Shown: in pieces, positions 1-8,720 of the stretch
Layout: each line of letters begins with the position of its first letter
Position numbering within the stretch: the stretch's first letter is position 1
Assembly (NCBI GenBank): GCA_041484665.1
Contig: JBGPIA010000028.1
Span: 1-42,500 of the forward strand
Length of the DNA: 42,500 nucleotides
From: Candidatus Krumholzibacteriia bacterium
GTDB taxonomy: Bacteria; Krumholzibacteriota; Krumholzibacteriia; JAJRXK01
Reading direction: 5' to 3'
Notes under the pieces: model-generated
Told to the model about the DNA's origin: nothing
The model's database searches: none
Seen by the model: only the letters and a program-made list of their open reading frames with translations
Translations under genes and position numbers: made by a program

Positions 1-140
1 CGATCTGCTGCCCGACGCCTGGGCTGCTCAGCAAGCGGCGTCGCTACCCGCCCAGAATCAAGCCGCTGCCTGACCCATCGAGCGCGCTACCCCGCCGCGC
101 GTGACGTCGTATCCTGGGGATGGGATCGCCGGATGGATAC
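1..140 (+). mobile_element. IS66-family element right end (IRR ~119-140)
   Basis: Reverse complement of 119-140 is GTATCCATCCGGCGATCCCATC, resembling IS66 IRs (GTAAGCGTCCGGCGAAC-type). The minus-strand ORF becomes non-protein-like exactly at 140/141. Confidence 0.6.
2..73 (+). CDS. tnpC: 3' end of IS66-family transposase (runs off window start)
   Basis: Reads DLLPDAWAAQQAASLPAQNQAAA*, matching the IS66 TnpC C-terminal (D/E)LLP..W signature, and is followed by an IS66-like terminal repeat. Confidence 0.6.
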   Translation, partial: DLLPDAWAAQQAASLPAQNQAAA

Positions 141-400
141 AGCGGAATGGCCGGTGATGGCGCCGCCCAGGAAGAGCGCGCCGGACGCGTTGACCGCAAG
201 CGCCTCGAACGGGCGGTTGGAGCATCCACCGCACGGCGTACTCCGCAGCTCCCAACCGCTCCCTGTGTTGCGGAGCAGCAGTCGATAGGGTTGATCGGCG
301 CTGCCGTCACCGCCGTCGTCCCAGCCGCACGCCCAGATTCCGTCCACATCGGCCACGAGATCGGTGATGCCCTTTTCATGCGGATCGCCGGGAGTCGGAA
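141..400 (-). pseudogene. Internal fragment of a secreted beta-propeller-like protein, cut by IS66 at 140 and lacking its 5' end
   Basis: Protein-like segment VPTPGDPHEKGITDLVADVDGIWACGWDD...PFEALAVNASGALFLGGAITGHSA, with no plausible start. Confidence 0.45.
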
Positions 401-402
401 CG

Positions 403-543
403 CCGAGCCTGGATGCATTCGGGAAGATGTTCCAGGGTGAGGGGCAGAGCGAGCAGGACACGAAGGAGTTCGAGAACATCATGAAGGGGTATCACGATCT
501 CGTCGATCACGGACGCAGGGAGATCTACCGGATCGAGGGTTAG
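403..543 (+). pseudogene. 3' fragment of a small hypothetical (NIPSNAP/ABM-like) protein
   Basis: Reads PSLDAFGKMFQGEGQSEQDTKEFENIMKGYHDLVDHGRREIYRIEG* with strong GC3 codon bias; the N-terminus is missing. Confidence 0.4.
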
Positions 544-585
544 CGCCGAACCGGGCGGGCTACGCCGCGTGCTCCCCGGCGCGCG

Positions 586-2304
586 TCAGCGGAGAATGAC
601 CGTGCGTCGAGAGCCTTGCTCCCCGGCGGCCCGGACCGCGACCCAGTAGACCCCGCTCGCGACAGCCAAGCCGCCGTCACCCCGCCCGTCCCAGACGATC
701 ATGTTGCGGCCGGCCGGGCGCGCCTCGGCGTCGAGCAAGGCGCGGACGCGCCGGCCGGCGGCGTCGAACACCGCCGCCGACACGTCCGACGCGACCGGGA
801 GATCGAACGCGAGCGCGAAGCCTGTGTACGACGGGTTCGGGGACGGCGCCGAGAGCGAGAGACCCGTGACGAGCCCGGGCTCGACGCCGGTCACGCCGCC
901 CCAGCCGGTCACGCGCTGCGCGTAGATGTCTGCGTTGCCGTTCCGGTAGTCGGTCCACGCGACGATCGCGCCGCCGGTCGTGTCGACGCAGGCGCTCAAC
1001 TCGGTCTGGAGACCAGACGCGCGGCAGACCGGGACGCCTGCGGGGCTCCACTGGCGGGCCCCGTTCGCATCGAGCAACTGCGCGTAGATATCCCCGTTCA
1101 CGTCATCCCGCGAATCGAGCCATGCGATCGCGGAGGCTCCCGACCGCCCGGGCACGATCACCGGCGAGCCTTCGGACGACGCGCTGACGCACACGAGCTT
1201 CCCGGTCGTCCCCCACTGCGCGGTGCCCGTCGCGTCGAGCCGCTGGGCGTACAGGTCGCGAGTCAGGCTCTCGGCGAGCTGCGACCACACCGCGATGATC
1301 CCGCCGGCGAGGTCGCTCATTGCCGCGGGTTCAGCCTGCCAGGAGTTCGGCGTCGTCAGCGGAATGGGCGCACCCCACGAACCCGCGCTCCCGACGCGGT
1401 CGGCGTACAGGCCGTAGGTGCGGCCCTGCGCGGGGCCGGGCCAACATACGATTGCGTTCTGGGCTCCGGCGGGGACGAGCGTGGGCTCGAGGACGCTCGA
1501 GTTGCCGGTCGCGATGCCGACCCCGTCGGCGCCCCACTGCGCGACGCCGGCGTAGTTGATGCGCTGCGCATAGATGTCCGGGTCGCTCACGCCGGCGCGG
1601 TAGTCGCGCCACGCCACGATCGCACCCCGCGGTTGCCCGTGGAAGTTCGAGCTCCCGTCCGTCACCATGCACAGGTCCCCCTGGTTGCCGGTCGCCGTGC
1701 ACACCGCGGCGGTCCAGCGCTGGGCACCGGAACTGCTTACCGCTCCCATGTAGAGGTCAGTCTCAACCCCCGAGCGCACGTCGGTCCACGCGAGGATCGC
1801 TCCTGCCGGCCCGAGGATGTCGGGCGTCTTATCGTCACTCACGATCGTAAGCTTCGTCGGGAAAGCTGCTCCCGGGAGGATAGGGATCCCGCCCGCGGTC
1901 CAGTGTGCGACGCCCCCCCCATCCAGGCGCTGGCCCCGCCCCTCGTATGCGCCGGGGACGAGCGACAAGATCCAGGCGATGATCACTCCGTCCCTTCCGC
2001 CGCCGACCGCGACCGGTCCGTACTGCGGATAGTAGCCCGAACTCACGAGGATCCCATTCGCGCCCCACTGCGGGGCGCCAAGCGCGTTGAGATGCTGCGC
2101 GTACACCTGCGGATCCGCGCCGCGCGCATCCTCCCAGACCACGTACGCGCCGCCCTCGCCGTCGGCGACCGCGGCCGGCTTCGTCTGGTTGCCGCTCGCG
2201 ACGCACACGGGAGCTCCATCAGTCTGCCACTGGGCCGAGGCCGGGACGGCCGCAACGAGCGCGGAGAATGCGAAGACAAAGGTGAGTGGGCGGAATCGGA
2301 CCAT
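586..2304 (-). CDS. Secreted repeat (beta-propeller-like) protein with C-terminal FlgD-Ig/T9SS-like domain
   Basis: GGAGA RBS before ATG 2304 (the ORF track starts at 2400). Signal peptide ends ...VPASA-QW, there are repeated GGAIVAWxDxR..DIYAQR units, and the C-terminus is PNP...FDAAGRRVR...WDGR...SGVY...RRTVILR. Confidence 0.85.
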   Translation of the reverse strand: MVRFRPLTFVFAFSALVAAVPASAQWQTDGAPVCVASGNQTKPAAVADGEGGAYVVWEDARGADPQVYAQHLNALGAPQWGANGILVSSGYYPQYGPVAVGGGRDGVIIAWILSLVPGAYEGRGQRLDGGGVAHWTAGGIPILPGAAFPTKLTIVSDDKTPDILGPAGAILAWTDVRSGVETDLYMGAVSSSGAQRWTAAVCTATGNQGDLCMVTDGSSNFHGQPRGAIVAWRDYRAGVSDPDIYAQRINYAGVAQWGADGVGIATGNSSVLEPTLVPAGAQNAIVCWPGPAQGRTYGLYADRVGSAGSWGAPIPLTTPNSWQAEPAAMSDLAGGIIAVWSQLAESLTRDLYAQRLDATGTAQWGTTGKLVCVSASSEGSPVIVPGRSGASAIAWLDSRDDVNGDIYAQLLDANGARQWSPAGVPVCRASGLQTELSACVDTTGGAIVAWTDYRNGNADIYAQRVTGWGGVTGVEPGLVTGLSLSAPSPNPSYTGFALAFDLPVASDVSAAVFDAAGRRVRALLDAEARPAGRNMIVWDGRGDGGLAVASGVYWVAVRAAGEQGSRRTVILR

Positions 2305-2806
2305 GAAGAGGTCTCCAAATGCGGGCACGTCGGAGGGAGTCATCGAGGCGCCGGCGAAACTGGCGAACAAGTCTAGCACGATGTCCCCCCTCTCTGCCAC
2401 GCACCCCGCCGACCACGCCCACTGGAAGTCCTACGCGAACCCGACCGCGGGACCTTCGGACGAAAAGGTGCTGAACTCCACTGAATCTTACGGTTTATCC
2501 GAGGTTGAAGAGACCGATTCGGACTTGTAGCCTTCCTCTCGGTCGCGTGGACCTGGCACAAGACGCACACAGCAACCGCTCCTCACGCAAGGTTTAGATC
2601 CCGCGGCATAGCCCGGATGGGAACGCCCGTGCTGAGGCGCCGCATTCCACCAACGGCTCGAGGAGAGTTGAATCGCCGATGAAACCCCTCATCCGCCGCA
2701 ACGCGTCGCTATCTGCCCAAGCACAATGAGCGCTTCGAGCCGCAGCAGGGCCCACTGCGCGCGTACGTGCGCGCGGCGGTCAAGCAGTTGCCCATGTTTC
2801 CATCCG

Positions 2807-3343
2807 TTAGGTCCGCGTGTCGCCCCTCAGGAAGTCACCCACGGCTTCGAGGACTGCTGCTCGAGACAGACTCGGGTATCTCGAATACGCGGCCTCCGGG
2901 ATCGCTTCGACCAGAGTCCGGAGTCGGTCCGGATCAACCATCCCGCTCCGGATGAACTGGCGGGCGTCACTGACATCGCGGGCGAACCCACGCACTACTT
3001 TCGAGAGAATCTGTGCGTACGGATCATAGTGGTAGAATGTGACTGGGCCGATCGTCTCGATGAGGACGTGGCGGTTCGCGGTTCCCGGTAGCTCCGGAAC
3101 GAAGTGCTCGGGTCGAGCGAACTCTACGTTAACCTGAAGGCGTTCTTTGATCCCCTGGATGTCGCGGAAGACCTCATCGTGGTCGGAGAACAGATCCGCA
3201 TCGATGGAAGCCGGCCTCCACCCTGCGTAGACAGCAGTGCCGCCTCCCACGAGATAGACGCAGTGGGACTTACCTCGCGGAGCCGTCCTCGCGAGCTCCT
3301 GCATGAGCGCTCGTAGCCGCTCGCGCGTCAGCTCATTTCGCAT
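2807..3343 (-). CDS. DUF6036-family nucleotidyltransferase (putative toxin)
   Basis: VYLVGGGTAV..GWRPASIDADL is a Pol-beta-type NTase GG...DxD motif; SKVVRGFARDVSDA follows. Start overlaps the upstream gene stop. Confidence 0.8.
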   Translation of the reverse strand: MRNELTRERLRALMQELARTAPRGKSHCVYLVGGGTAVYAGWRPASIDADLFSDHDEVFRDIQGIKERLQVNVEFARPEHFVPELPGTANRHVLIETIGPVTFYHYDPYAQILSKVVRGFARDVSDARQFIRSGMVDPDRLRTLVEAIPEAAYSRYPSLSRAAVLEAVGDFLRGDTRT

Positions 3344-3788
3344 GGCGGCCTCGGTGGCGGCGCGCCTTGCGGCAGGCATCGGCGAACGACGAGACCTGCC
3401 TCAGGTATGCGAGGTACCGGGCGTGGGCCAGCTCGCCCGCCATGCGCTCGAGCAGCTGGTAGAGCCGCCATTCCGGGTCGCGATGAATTTCGGACGGAAC
3501 GGGTACACCTTCCCGACGCAGTCGCGGGGCCGCCAGCGAGATGAGGAGGCTCTCCGCCGTAACCACCTGCGACGCGAGATCGGCGAGCCCGGCGTCGACC
3601 AGCTCTCCCCCAGGGAGCCCCAGGGCCGCGAAGCTCGGGTCACCGAACCGCGCCCGCGTCCACCGCTGCAACGCGGCGCGTCGAGCGATTGAAGTCCGGG
3701 CCGCGGGCGCCAGGCTCGAGGCCCTTGCCCGGCCCCCTGCCCGCCCGTACTGGCGGAAGCGTTCCTTGAGCGTCTTGGGGAGCCTCAT
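3333..3788 (-). CDS. Hypothetical protein, putative antitoxin/regulator partner of the DUF6036 NTase
   Basis: ATG lies 7 nt after a -10 box (leaderless). Basic N-terminus GRAGGRARA...ARRAALQRW, a GLPGGELVDAGLADL core, and an 11-bp overlap with the downstream NTase. Confidence 0.7.
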   Translation of the reverse strand: MRLPKTLKERFRQYGRAGGRARASSLAPAARTSIARRAALQRWTRARFGDPSFAALGLPGGELVDAGLADLASQVVTAESLLISLAAPRLRREGVPVPSEIHRDPEWRLYQLLERMAGELAHARYLAYLRQVSSFADACRKARRHRGRHAK

Positions 3789-3795
3789 GGGTGAT

Positions 3796-3824
3796 AAACT
3801 ATGCTTAGGGGGTAAGCAGGTCAA
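3796..3824 (-). promoter_or_regulatory. Sigma70 promoter with palindromic operator filling the spacer
   Basis: TTGACC-17 nt-TAGTTT; the 17-nt spacer is exactly TGCTTA-CCCCC-TAAGCA. Confidence 0.75.
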
Positions 3825-3949
3825 GGGGCCCAGACTTCTGTCTGCACCCGCTGAAGTCAACCCCTCCTGCCGCGTCGCGTCGTCGCCGCTGATGAGGCTC
3901 GGCGAGCGCGCCGTCGTGCATTGAGCCTGGCCGAGCCCACTTTCGCTGA

Positions 3950-4115
3950 TGGCGGCGCCCCAGGCAATGGGCGTGAGCCAGCAGACCATCGGGAGAGAGC
4001 TCGAAATACTGGCTAATCTGATGCACCGCCTGTTGGCCTGGACTCAAGTCGACGATCAGTTCGCCCTGCGCGTCCACGATCCCGTAGTGGTAGTGGTAGG
4101 CACCTAGATCGTGTT
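3950..4115 (-). pseudogene. Possible gene fragment of unknown function
   Basis: Protein-like stretch EHDLGAYHYHYGIVDAQGELIVDLSPGQQAVHQISQYFELSPDGLL with no credible start; boundaries approximate. Confidence 0.25.
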
Positions 4116-4338
4116 CCGACCGGGCTACTTGCCTGCTCCCGAGGAATCGCCTCCGGCCCGACAACGCAACGCGCCCGAGCCACGGCCAGCCACCGACGGT
4201 GTCCAGCGCATCGCTTCCGGCCGACTGAAGCCGATCGAACGGATAGATCAGATGAAGCGGCGACTAGGACCGTGCCGCAGACCACGTGGTCCGGCGCCGA
4301 CGCCACGCTGCCCTCGATCGACACCATCCAGCCCGGCG

Positions 4339-4647
4339 TCACCTGCCCTTGACCAACAGCCTGCGTCGACGAACGATGAAGTAGAGCAGCACGCCGACGG
4401 TGGGCATGAACGGAAATGTCGCTACGATCCACCACCAGCTCAGGCCGTGCACCTTCGCGTCCTTGTGGATGAACACGCACAGCACCGCCAGCACCGCCGC
4501 GAAGTCGAAGAAGGTGGTCTGCATGATCGGATGCGAGAGATAGGCGCGAATTCCCTCGACACCCCACGCCTCGAGGCGCCACACGTTGAGCGCAACGAGC
4601 CCCGCGAGGAACATCACCAACAAGACGTGCGGCCTACGCTCGAGCAT
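4339..4647 (-). CDS. Small membrane protein (DUF2834-like), last gene of the ketosynthase operon
   Basis: About three hydrophobic helices with FFDF..VLAVL.VFIHKDAK and P..GVLLYF motifs; start overlaps the upstream stop. Confidence 0.7.
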   Translation of the reverse strand: MLERRPHVLLVMFLAGLVALNVWRLEAWGVEGIRAYLSHPIMQTTFFDFAAVLAVLCVFIHKDAKVHGLSWWWIVATFPFMPTVGVLLYFIVRRRRLLVKGR

Positions 4648-5395
4648 GGGCGTCCCGCACCTCATCGAGCGCACGCTCCAAGATCTCCACGTGCGGCACC
4701 GCGCGCGCAGCGCCGCTCCTCTGCAAGTGCTGGCCGAAAACGTGGCGCACATAGCGCTGTGCGACGTGCGTGACGACGGGACCGAACACGCGCACAAGGA
4801 AGCCCTGATGCACACCCGCGGCGCGCAGAGCGCCCACGGACACGACGGCGACGGCCTTGTGACGCTCTTCGTCGACCTTGATGTGCACGAGGATGACGCG
4901 CAAATAGGGCGCGTCGACGCGCGCTACCACCTCATCCAACAGCGCGGACGCATAGTGCTCGGTGAGGATCTCGACGCTGCCGATGCCGAGCCACGGATCA
5001 TGCTGCACGAGCAGCGCGGCTTTGATGCTGAACACCGTGGCCGAAGGAGGCATGCGCTCCGCCCCGGACAGCTCCAGCCACCGCGCGAGCAACGCACCGT
5101 GGACGATCTCGTCCTCGATCTGTGCAGTGAAGCACGCGGAGATGGCGGGCAGCGGAACGCACGACCCCAGGTTGGGTGGGCTCGCAGTCTCGATGCACGC
5201 GAGGTTCGCGACCAGAAATGAAAGCGCCTCGCGCGCGGAGGAGAGAATCCTCTTCTCGTCGAACAACGCGCGGCCATCGTTGGGCGGCCGCGAGAGGTTG
5301 CGCTGCCGCGAGTCGGCGAGCGCACGGGACAAGAGCGCTGCACCGTACTCCTCGTGCGTCACCGCGGCCTCTGCGAGCGCTGCCGCCTCACGCAC
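4634..5395 (-). CDS. Ferritin-like diiron domain protein
   Basis: Diiron ligand pattern DEIVH...EHYA...DEERH; overlaps both neighbours. Confidence 0.7.
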   Translation of the reverse strand: MREAAALAEAAVTHEEYGAALLSRALADSRQRNLSRPPNDGRALFDEKRILSSAREALSFLVANLACIETASPPNLGSCVPLPAISACFTAQIEDEIVHGALLARWLELSGAERMPPSATVFSIKAALLVQHDPWLGIGSVEILTEHYASALLDEVVARVDAPYLRVILVHIKVDEERHKAVAVVSVGALRAAGVHQGFLVRVFGPVVTHVAQRYVRHVFGQHLQRSGAARAVPHVEILERALDEVRDAHARA

Positions 5396-6263
5396 GACCG
5401 TCTCGGATGTGCTCGAGATGCGTGTGCGCGTACTCGGTCACGCACGCGTGCCAGAAGAGATCGCGAGCGACGTCGCGACGCACGGAGATCCACGCCGGGA
5501 ATTTGTTCGGCGTCCACGTGCGAAAGATCGGATCTCCCGTGAGGCCCGCGAGCATGGCGCCCACGCTCTCGTCGAGCTGAAAGCTGTTGACCGCGCGCTC
5601 GTACTCGCGCTCGGTGGTGAACAAACAGAACGGGATGTTCATCAGATAGAGAGAGGTCTCGATGTCGAGCTCGAGGATGCGCTTGCGCGTGCGCTCGCTG
5701 TCTATGGGCGGCACCACCAACGCCGAAAACTCGAGGGCCGAACGGCGGGTGCGCACGTCGGCGCGAGCGATCCCCACGTCGACGATCAAGTTGTAGACGG
5801 AGATGTCGTGCGTCATGACAGCACCGTCGCCGAGCTCCGCAAGCGTGCGCGGCCGTAGATCTGGTGCCGCGACGGGCGCGCCGCAATTGTGCGCGATGAA
5901 CGCCAACAGGTTGGTCTCGACGATGAAGTGCCGCGCCAGGAGCTCACCGGCGTCGGCGCTGACGAAGCGGCGCAAGAACCACACACACAACACGTCGATC
6001 CCGCGGTGCCACGAGAGCTGAAACGGAACCACGCGTTTGATGAAGCGGATGCACGCGACCGCCGCGAGCGACACCATGCACGCCACCGGCAGCACGGCGC
6101 GATGCGACCAGCGCGCAAGATCGCGCGCCGCCAGGTCGCGCACCTCGTCGGAGAACGGCAGCGTGGGATCGAACCGCAGTACATCGGCGATGGACGGGTC
6201 TTCTCGATCGCGCTGCGCCGGCGACGCGCCCGCCCCGATGACGCCCGCGACGGCTTTAGACAT
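5388..6263 (-). CDS. DUF6999-like conserved hypothetical protein
   Basis: DPSIAD..FDPTLP, LLARHFIVETNLLAFI, HDISVYN, LELDIETSLY and AVNSFQLDES motifs; coupled to the KS gene. Confidence 0.7.
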   Translation of the reverse strand: MSKAVAGVIGAGASPAQRDREDPSIADVLRFDPTLPFSDEVRDLAARDLARWSHRAVLPVACMVSLAAVACIRFIKRVVPFQLSWHRGIDVLCVWFLRRFVSADAGELLARHFIVETNLLAFIAHNCGAPVAAPDLRPRTLAELGDGAVMTHDISVYNLIVDVGIARADVRTRRSALEFSALVVPPIDSERTRKRILELDIETSLYLMNIPFCLFTTEREYERAVNSFQLDESVGAMLAGLTGDPIFRTWTPNKFPAWISVRRDVARDLFWHACVTEYAHTHLEHIRDGRA

Positions 6264-8187
6264 GATCGATCTCTTCCAATTGCAGCGCGTAGAGGCGCGC
6301 CACCACCTTGGCCGTCTTCACCACGCGCTTGGCGGTGCGCTCGTCGATGAATCCACCCGCGATGACCTCGCGCAGCTTGTCGAAGTGCGTGTCGTCGTTC
6401 TTGCCGTGGTAGGTCAAGAAGCTCGTCTGCTGCGGCGTCAGTCGGAGATCGGCGCGCAACAGCTCCGCCCAATGCGCGGCCTTCTTCTTCCCGAGCCCCT
6501 CGATGACAAACATCGCGCCGATGAGATCGAGCGGATCCGGCTGGCTCGCTTGGTGAAACATGAACGCCGACAGCGCCTCGCTGCCGATGTTCTTCGGTTG
6601 GCTGACGATCTCCTCCAGGCTCCCGCCCATGGCGACGAAGTCGCGCTCCAGCATCTGATAGTCCTTGTGCTCGTCGCCGGCGTGGCCGATGAACATCGAA
6701 CGCAGCGGGAAGAGCTCGATGGAGATGTTCGACGCCGCGCGCGCGATCCACCGCGCACCCTCCATGACCTGTTGGCGCAAGTTCACGAGCAACCGTCGGT
6801 AGTCCTCCGCCGTCGCGCTGCCGCCCTCGAGCCGTTGCACCAAGGGAACGCGACGCAGCGCGCGCTCGAAGTCTGCCCACACGAGCGCCAGCTCGATGGC
6901 GAGGTGCCGCCCAACGTCGTTCGTGCTCGCGGCTGCTTCCTGTAACGGCGACGACGCGATGGCGCTCGCGAGATCCGCCGGTTCCGAATGGGCGGTGGTC
7001 GCGCGCGTGCGCCCGTGGTTGGACGCGCCCGCTCCGACAGATCCGAAACCAACTACTTTGAGCTTGGCGAACGACACCGAGAAGCGCCCCGACTCGGGCA
7101 CCATCAACAAGATGGTCTCGCCGTCGCGGAAGCGACCGCCTCGCAGCGCCTCGTCGAGCATGATGAAGATGCTCGCAGCACCCGTGTTCCCCTTGGTGTA
7201 GAGGTTGGTGAACCACTTCTTCTCGGGGATCATCGCCCCGGCCTTCTCGAGCAGCGCCAGTATCTCGCTCTTGAAGAAATGCGAGCTGTAGTGGCACAGC
7301 AGATGGTCGATCTCGTCGGTGCGCAGCCGTTCCCGCTGCAAGAGCCGCAGGTACTCCTCCACGCCGAGCTTCACGAGCTCCGGGAGCAGCTTGGTGTCTT
7401 GACGCACCTTCATCATGCCGGTGCGATCCGCGTGCGCGATCGTCGGATAGTCGAGCCAGGTGTTGCCCGCGCGCGGATGATCTTTATCGAGGAGACCGCT
7501 GTACATGCACACCGGCCGCTCGTGCGCGTGCGACACCAGCTCGATCCACTCGATGCGCAGCGACAGCCCGTCCGCGTTCGGCTTGTTCTCGAGCAACATC
7601 GCGCCGGCTCCGTCGGACAACATGAAGCGCAGGAAGTCCGCGTCGAACGCGCGGTAGCCGAGCTCTGGGTTGTCCTCGAGCGTGGCCTCGGCCTCGAACT
7701 TCGACGCCTTCAAGTTGCGCGACACGAGCTCGCTGCCGCAGGCGACCGCGTTCGATCGCTGGCCGCTCTGCACCGCGCGAAACGCCATGAGCAGCGCCGC
7801 CATCCCCGAGCAACACACACCGGACGTCGACACCACCTCCATCGGGCGCCCGCCCACGCGGCCGTGCACCATCGACGCGAAGCCGGGCAGCGGCACGTCC
7901 CCTTGCGTGGTCCCGCACGCCAACATCTCGACCTCGTCCACGCGGAGCTTCCGTCTCTCGAGCGCGTCGACGATCGCGCGCGCCGCAAGCTCTTCGTTCA
8001 TGTGCGTGCTGCGACCGTCGAGATCGAGCGCGTAGTGGCGGGAGATGATGCCGTTCTGTTTGAGGATCCGATCCTTCAGGCGGCTGGGCTTGCCACCGAC
8101 GCGGCCGAGCACCTGCTCCATGTGGTCGTTGTCCACGGGTGCGTTCGGCAGGAACGATCCCGTCGACGTGATGTAGACCGGCTTCAT
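6256..8187 (-). CDS. StlD/DarB-family beta-ketosynthase fused to a heme-oxygenase-like diiron oxidase (iron-containing redox enzyme) domain
   Basis: KS-III triad SGVCCSG / LCHYSSHFF / KGNTGAASIF plus DADFLRFMLSDGAGA. The C-terminal domain has QQVMEG, HAGDEHKDY, FVIEGLG and YHGKNDDTH. Confidence 0.85.
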   Translation of the reverse strand: MKPVYITSTGSFLPNAPVDNDHMEQVLGRVGGKPSRLKDRILKQNGIISRHYALDLDGRSTHMNEELAARAIVDALERRKLRVDEVEMLACGTTQGDVPLPGFASMVHGRVGGRPMEVVSTSGVCCSGMAALLMAFRAVQSGQRSNAVACGSELVSRNLKASKFEAEATLEDNPELGYRAFDADFLRFMLSDGAGAMLLENKPNADGLSLRIEWIELVSHAHERPVCMYSGLLDKDHPRAGNTWLDYPTIAHADRTGMMKVRQDTKLLPELVKLGVEEYLRLLQRERLRTDEIDHLLCHYSSHFFKSEILALLEKAGAMIPEKKWFTNLYTKGNTGAASIFIMLDEALRGGRFRDGETILLMVPESGRFSVSFAKLKVVGFGSVGAGASNHGRTRATTAHSEPADLASAIASSPLQEAAASTNDVGRHLAIELALVWADFERALRRVPLVQRLEGGSATAEDYRRLLVNLRQQVMEGARWIARAASNISIELFPLRSMFIGHAGDEHKDYQMLERDFVAMGGSLEEIVSQPKNIGSEALSAFMFHQASQPDPLDLIGAMFVIEGLGKKKAAHWAELLRADLRLTPQQTSFLTYHGKNDDTHFDKLREVIAGGFIDERTAKRVVKTAKVVARLYALQLEEIDHV

Positions 8188-8650
8188 CGAAACACCCCGG
8201 TCACCGGCAGGGCCGGCGACGTCGAAGGCAAGCGTTTGAGAAGATCGGTGCCGATCATCCAGGCCGCATGCACGCTAGACACCAGAAAATCGCATAGAAC
8301 AACGAGAACACCGCGAACTGCAGTTGGAACCAGATGTCGACGACGCCGATGGCGACGCCGTCGAGCGTCATGCCGCGTGGTCGCGGTGGGCTCGTCCTCA
8401 GATCCGTGATCGTGAAGAACGTATACAACCAGAACGCGCCGCCCGAGACGGCGGCGTAGAGCGTGAGCTCCGCGGGCATGTGCGTGAGTTGTGCGCGCAG
8501 CAGCGCACCGACGGAGTAGGTGGCCCAGAACGCCAGCACTAGCGGCAGCTTCTTCGCGCGCCACACGATGATGAGCCCAAAGGTGAAGACGACGACGAGC
8601 ACCTGCCATAGGCCGCCCCACTGGTACGCCGGTGCCACCGCCACTCGCCG
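8184..8650 (-). pseudogene. 3' half of an RnfD/NqrB-like (UnbU-like) membrane protein, 5'-truncated and frameshifted
   Basis: QWGG and YTFFTITDLRTSP (cf. FFMITDPxTSP) motifs. Frame switch near 8287; its TGA overlaps the KS ATG (ATGA 8184-8187). Confidence 0.6.
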
Positions 8651-8676
8651 GCCAGAGCGCATAGATTCTTTGTTCG

Positions 8677-8717
8677 TAACTTCGGCGCATTTTGCGGAGA
8701 AGTTAGCCGGGCGTCAA
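8677..8717 (-). promoter_or_regulatory. Candidate sigma70 promoter with inverted repeat over the -10
   Basis: TTGACG-17-CAAAAT, with inverted repeat TAACTTC..CGCA-TTT-TGCG..GAAGTTA at 8677-8705. Confidence 0.5.
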
Positions 8718-8720
8718 GGC

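Noticed and set aside
616..2376. Long antisense and alternate-frame ORFs (also 9651-10670, 25641-27647, 29880-31856, 35507-37549)
   Set aside because: Shadow ORFs of real genes in high-GC DNA; Arg/Ala/Pro-rich with no motifs.
3826..3842. GACAGAAGTCTGGGCCC (-) as another IS91-like end next to the DUF6036 promoter
   Set aside because: It lacks the terminal ATCC, and I could see no clear tail homology.
8668..8692. TCTTTGTTCG resembling the ROK operator
   Set aside because: Only the left half-site is present, and it is far from the glucan locus.
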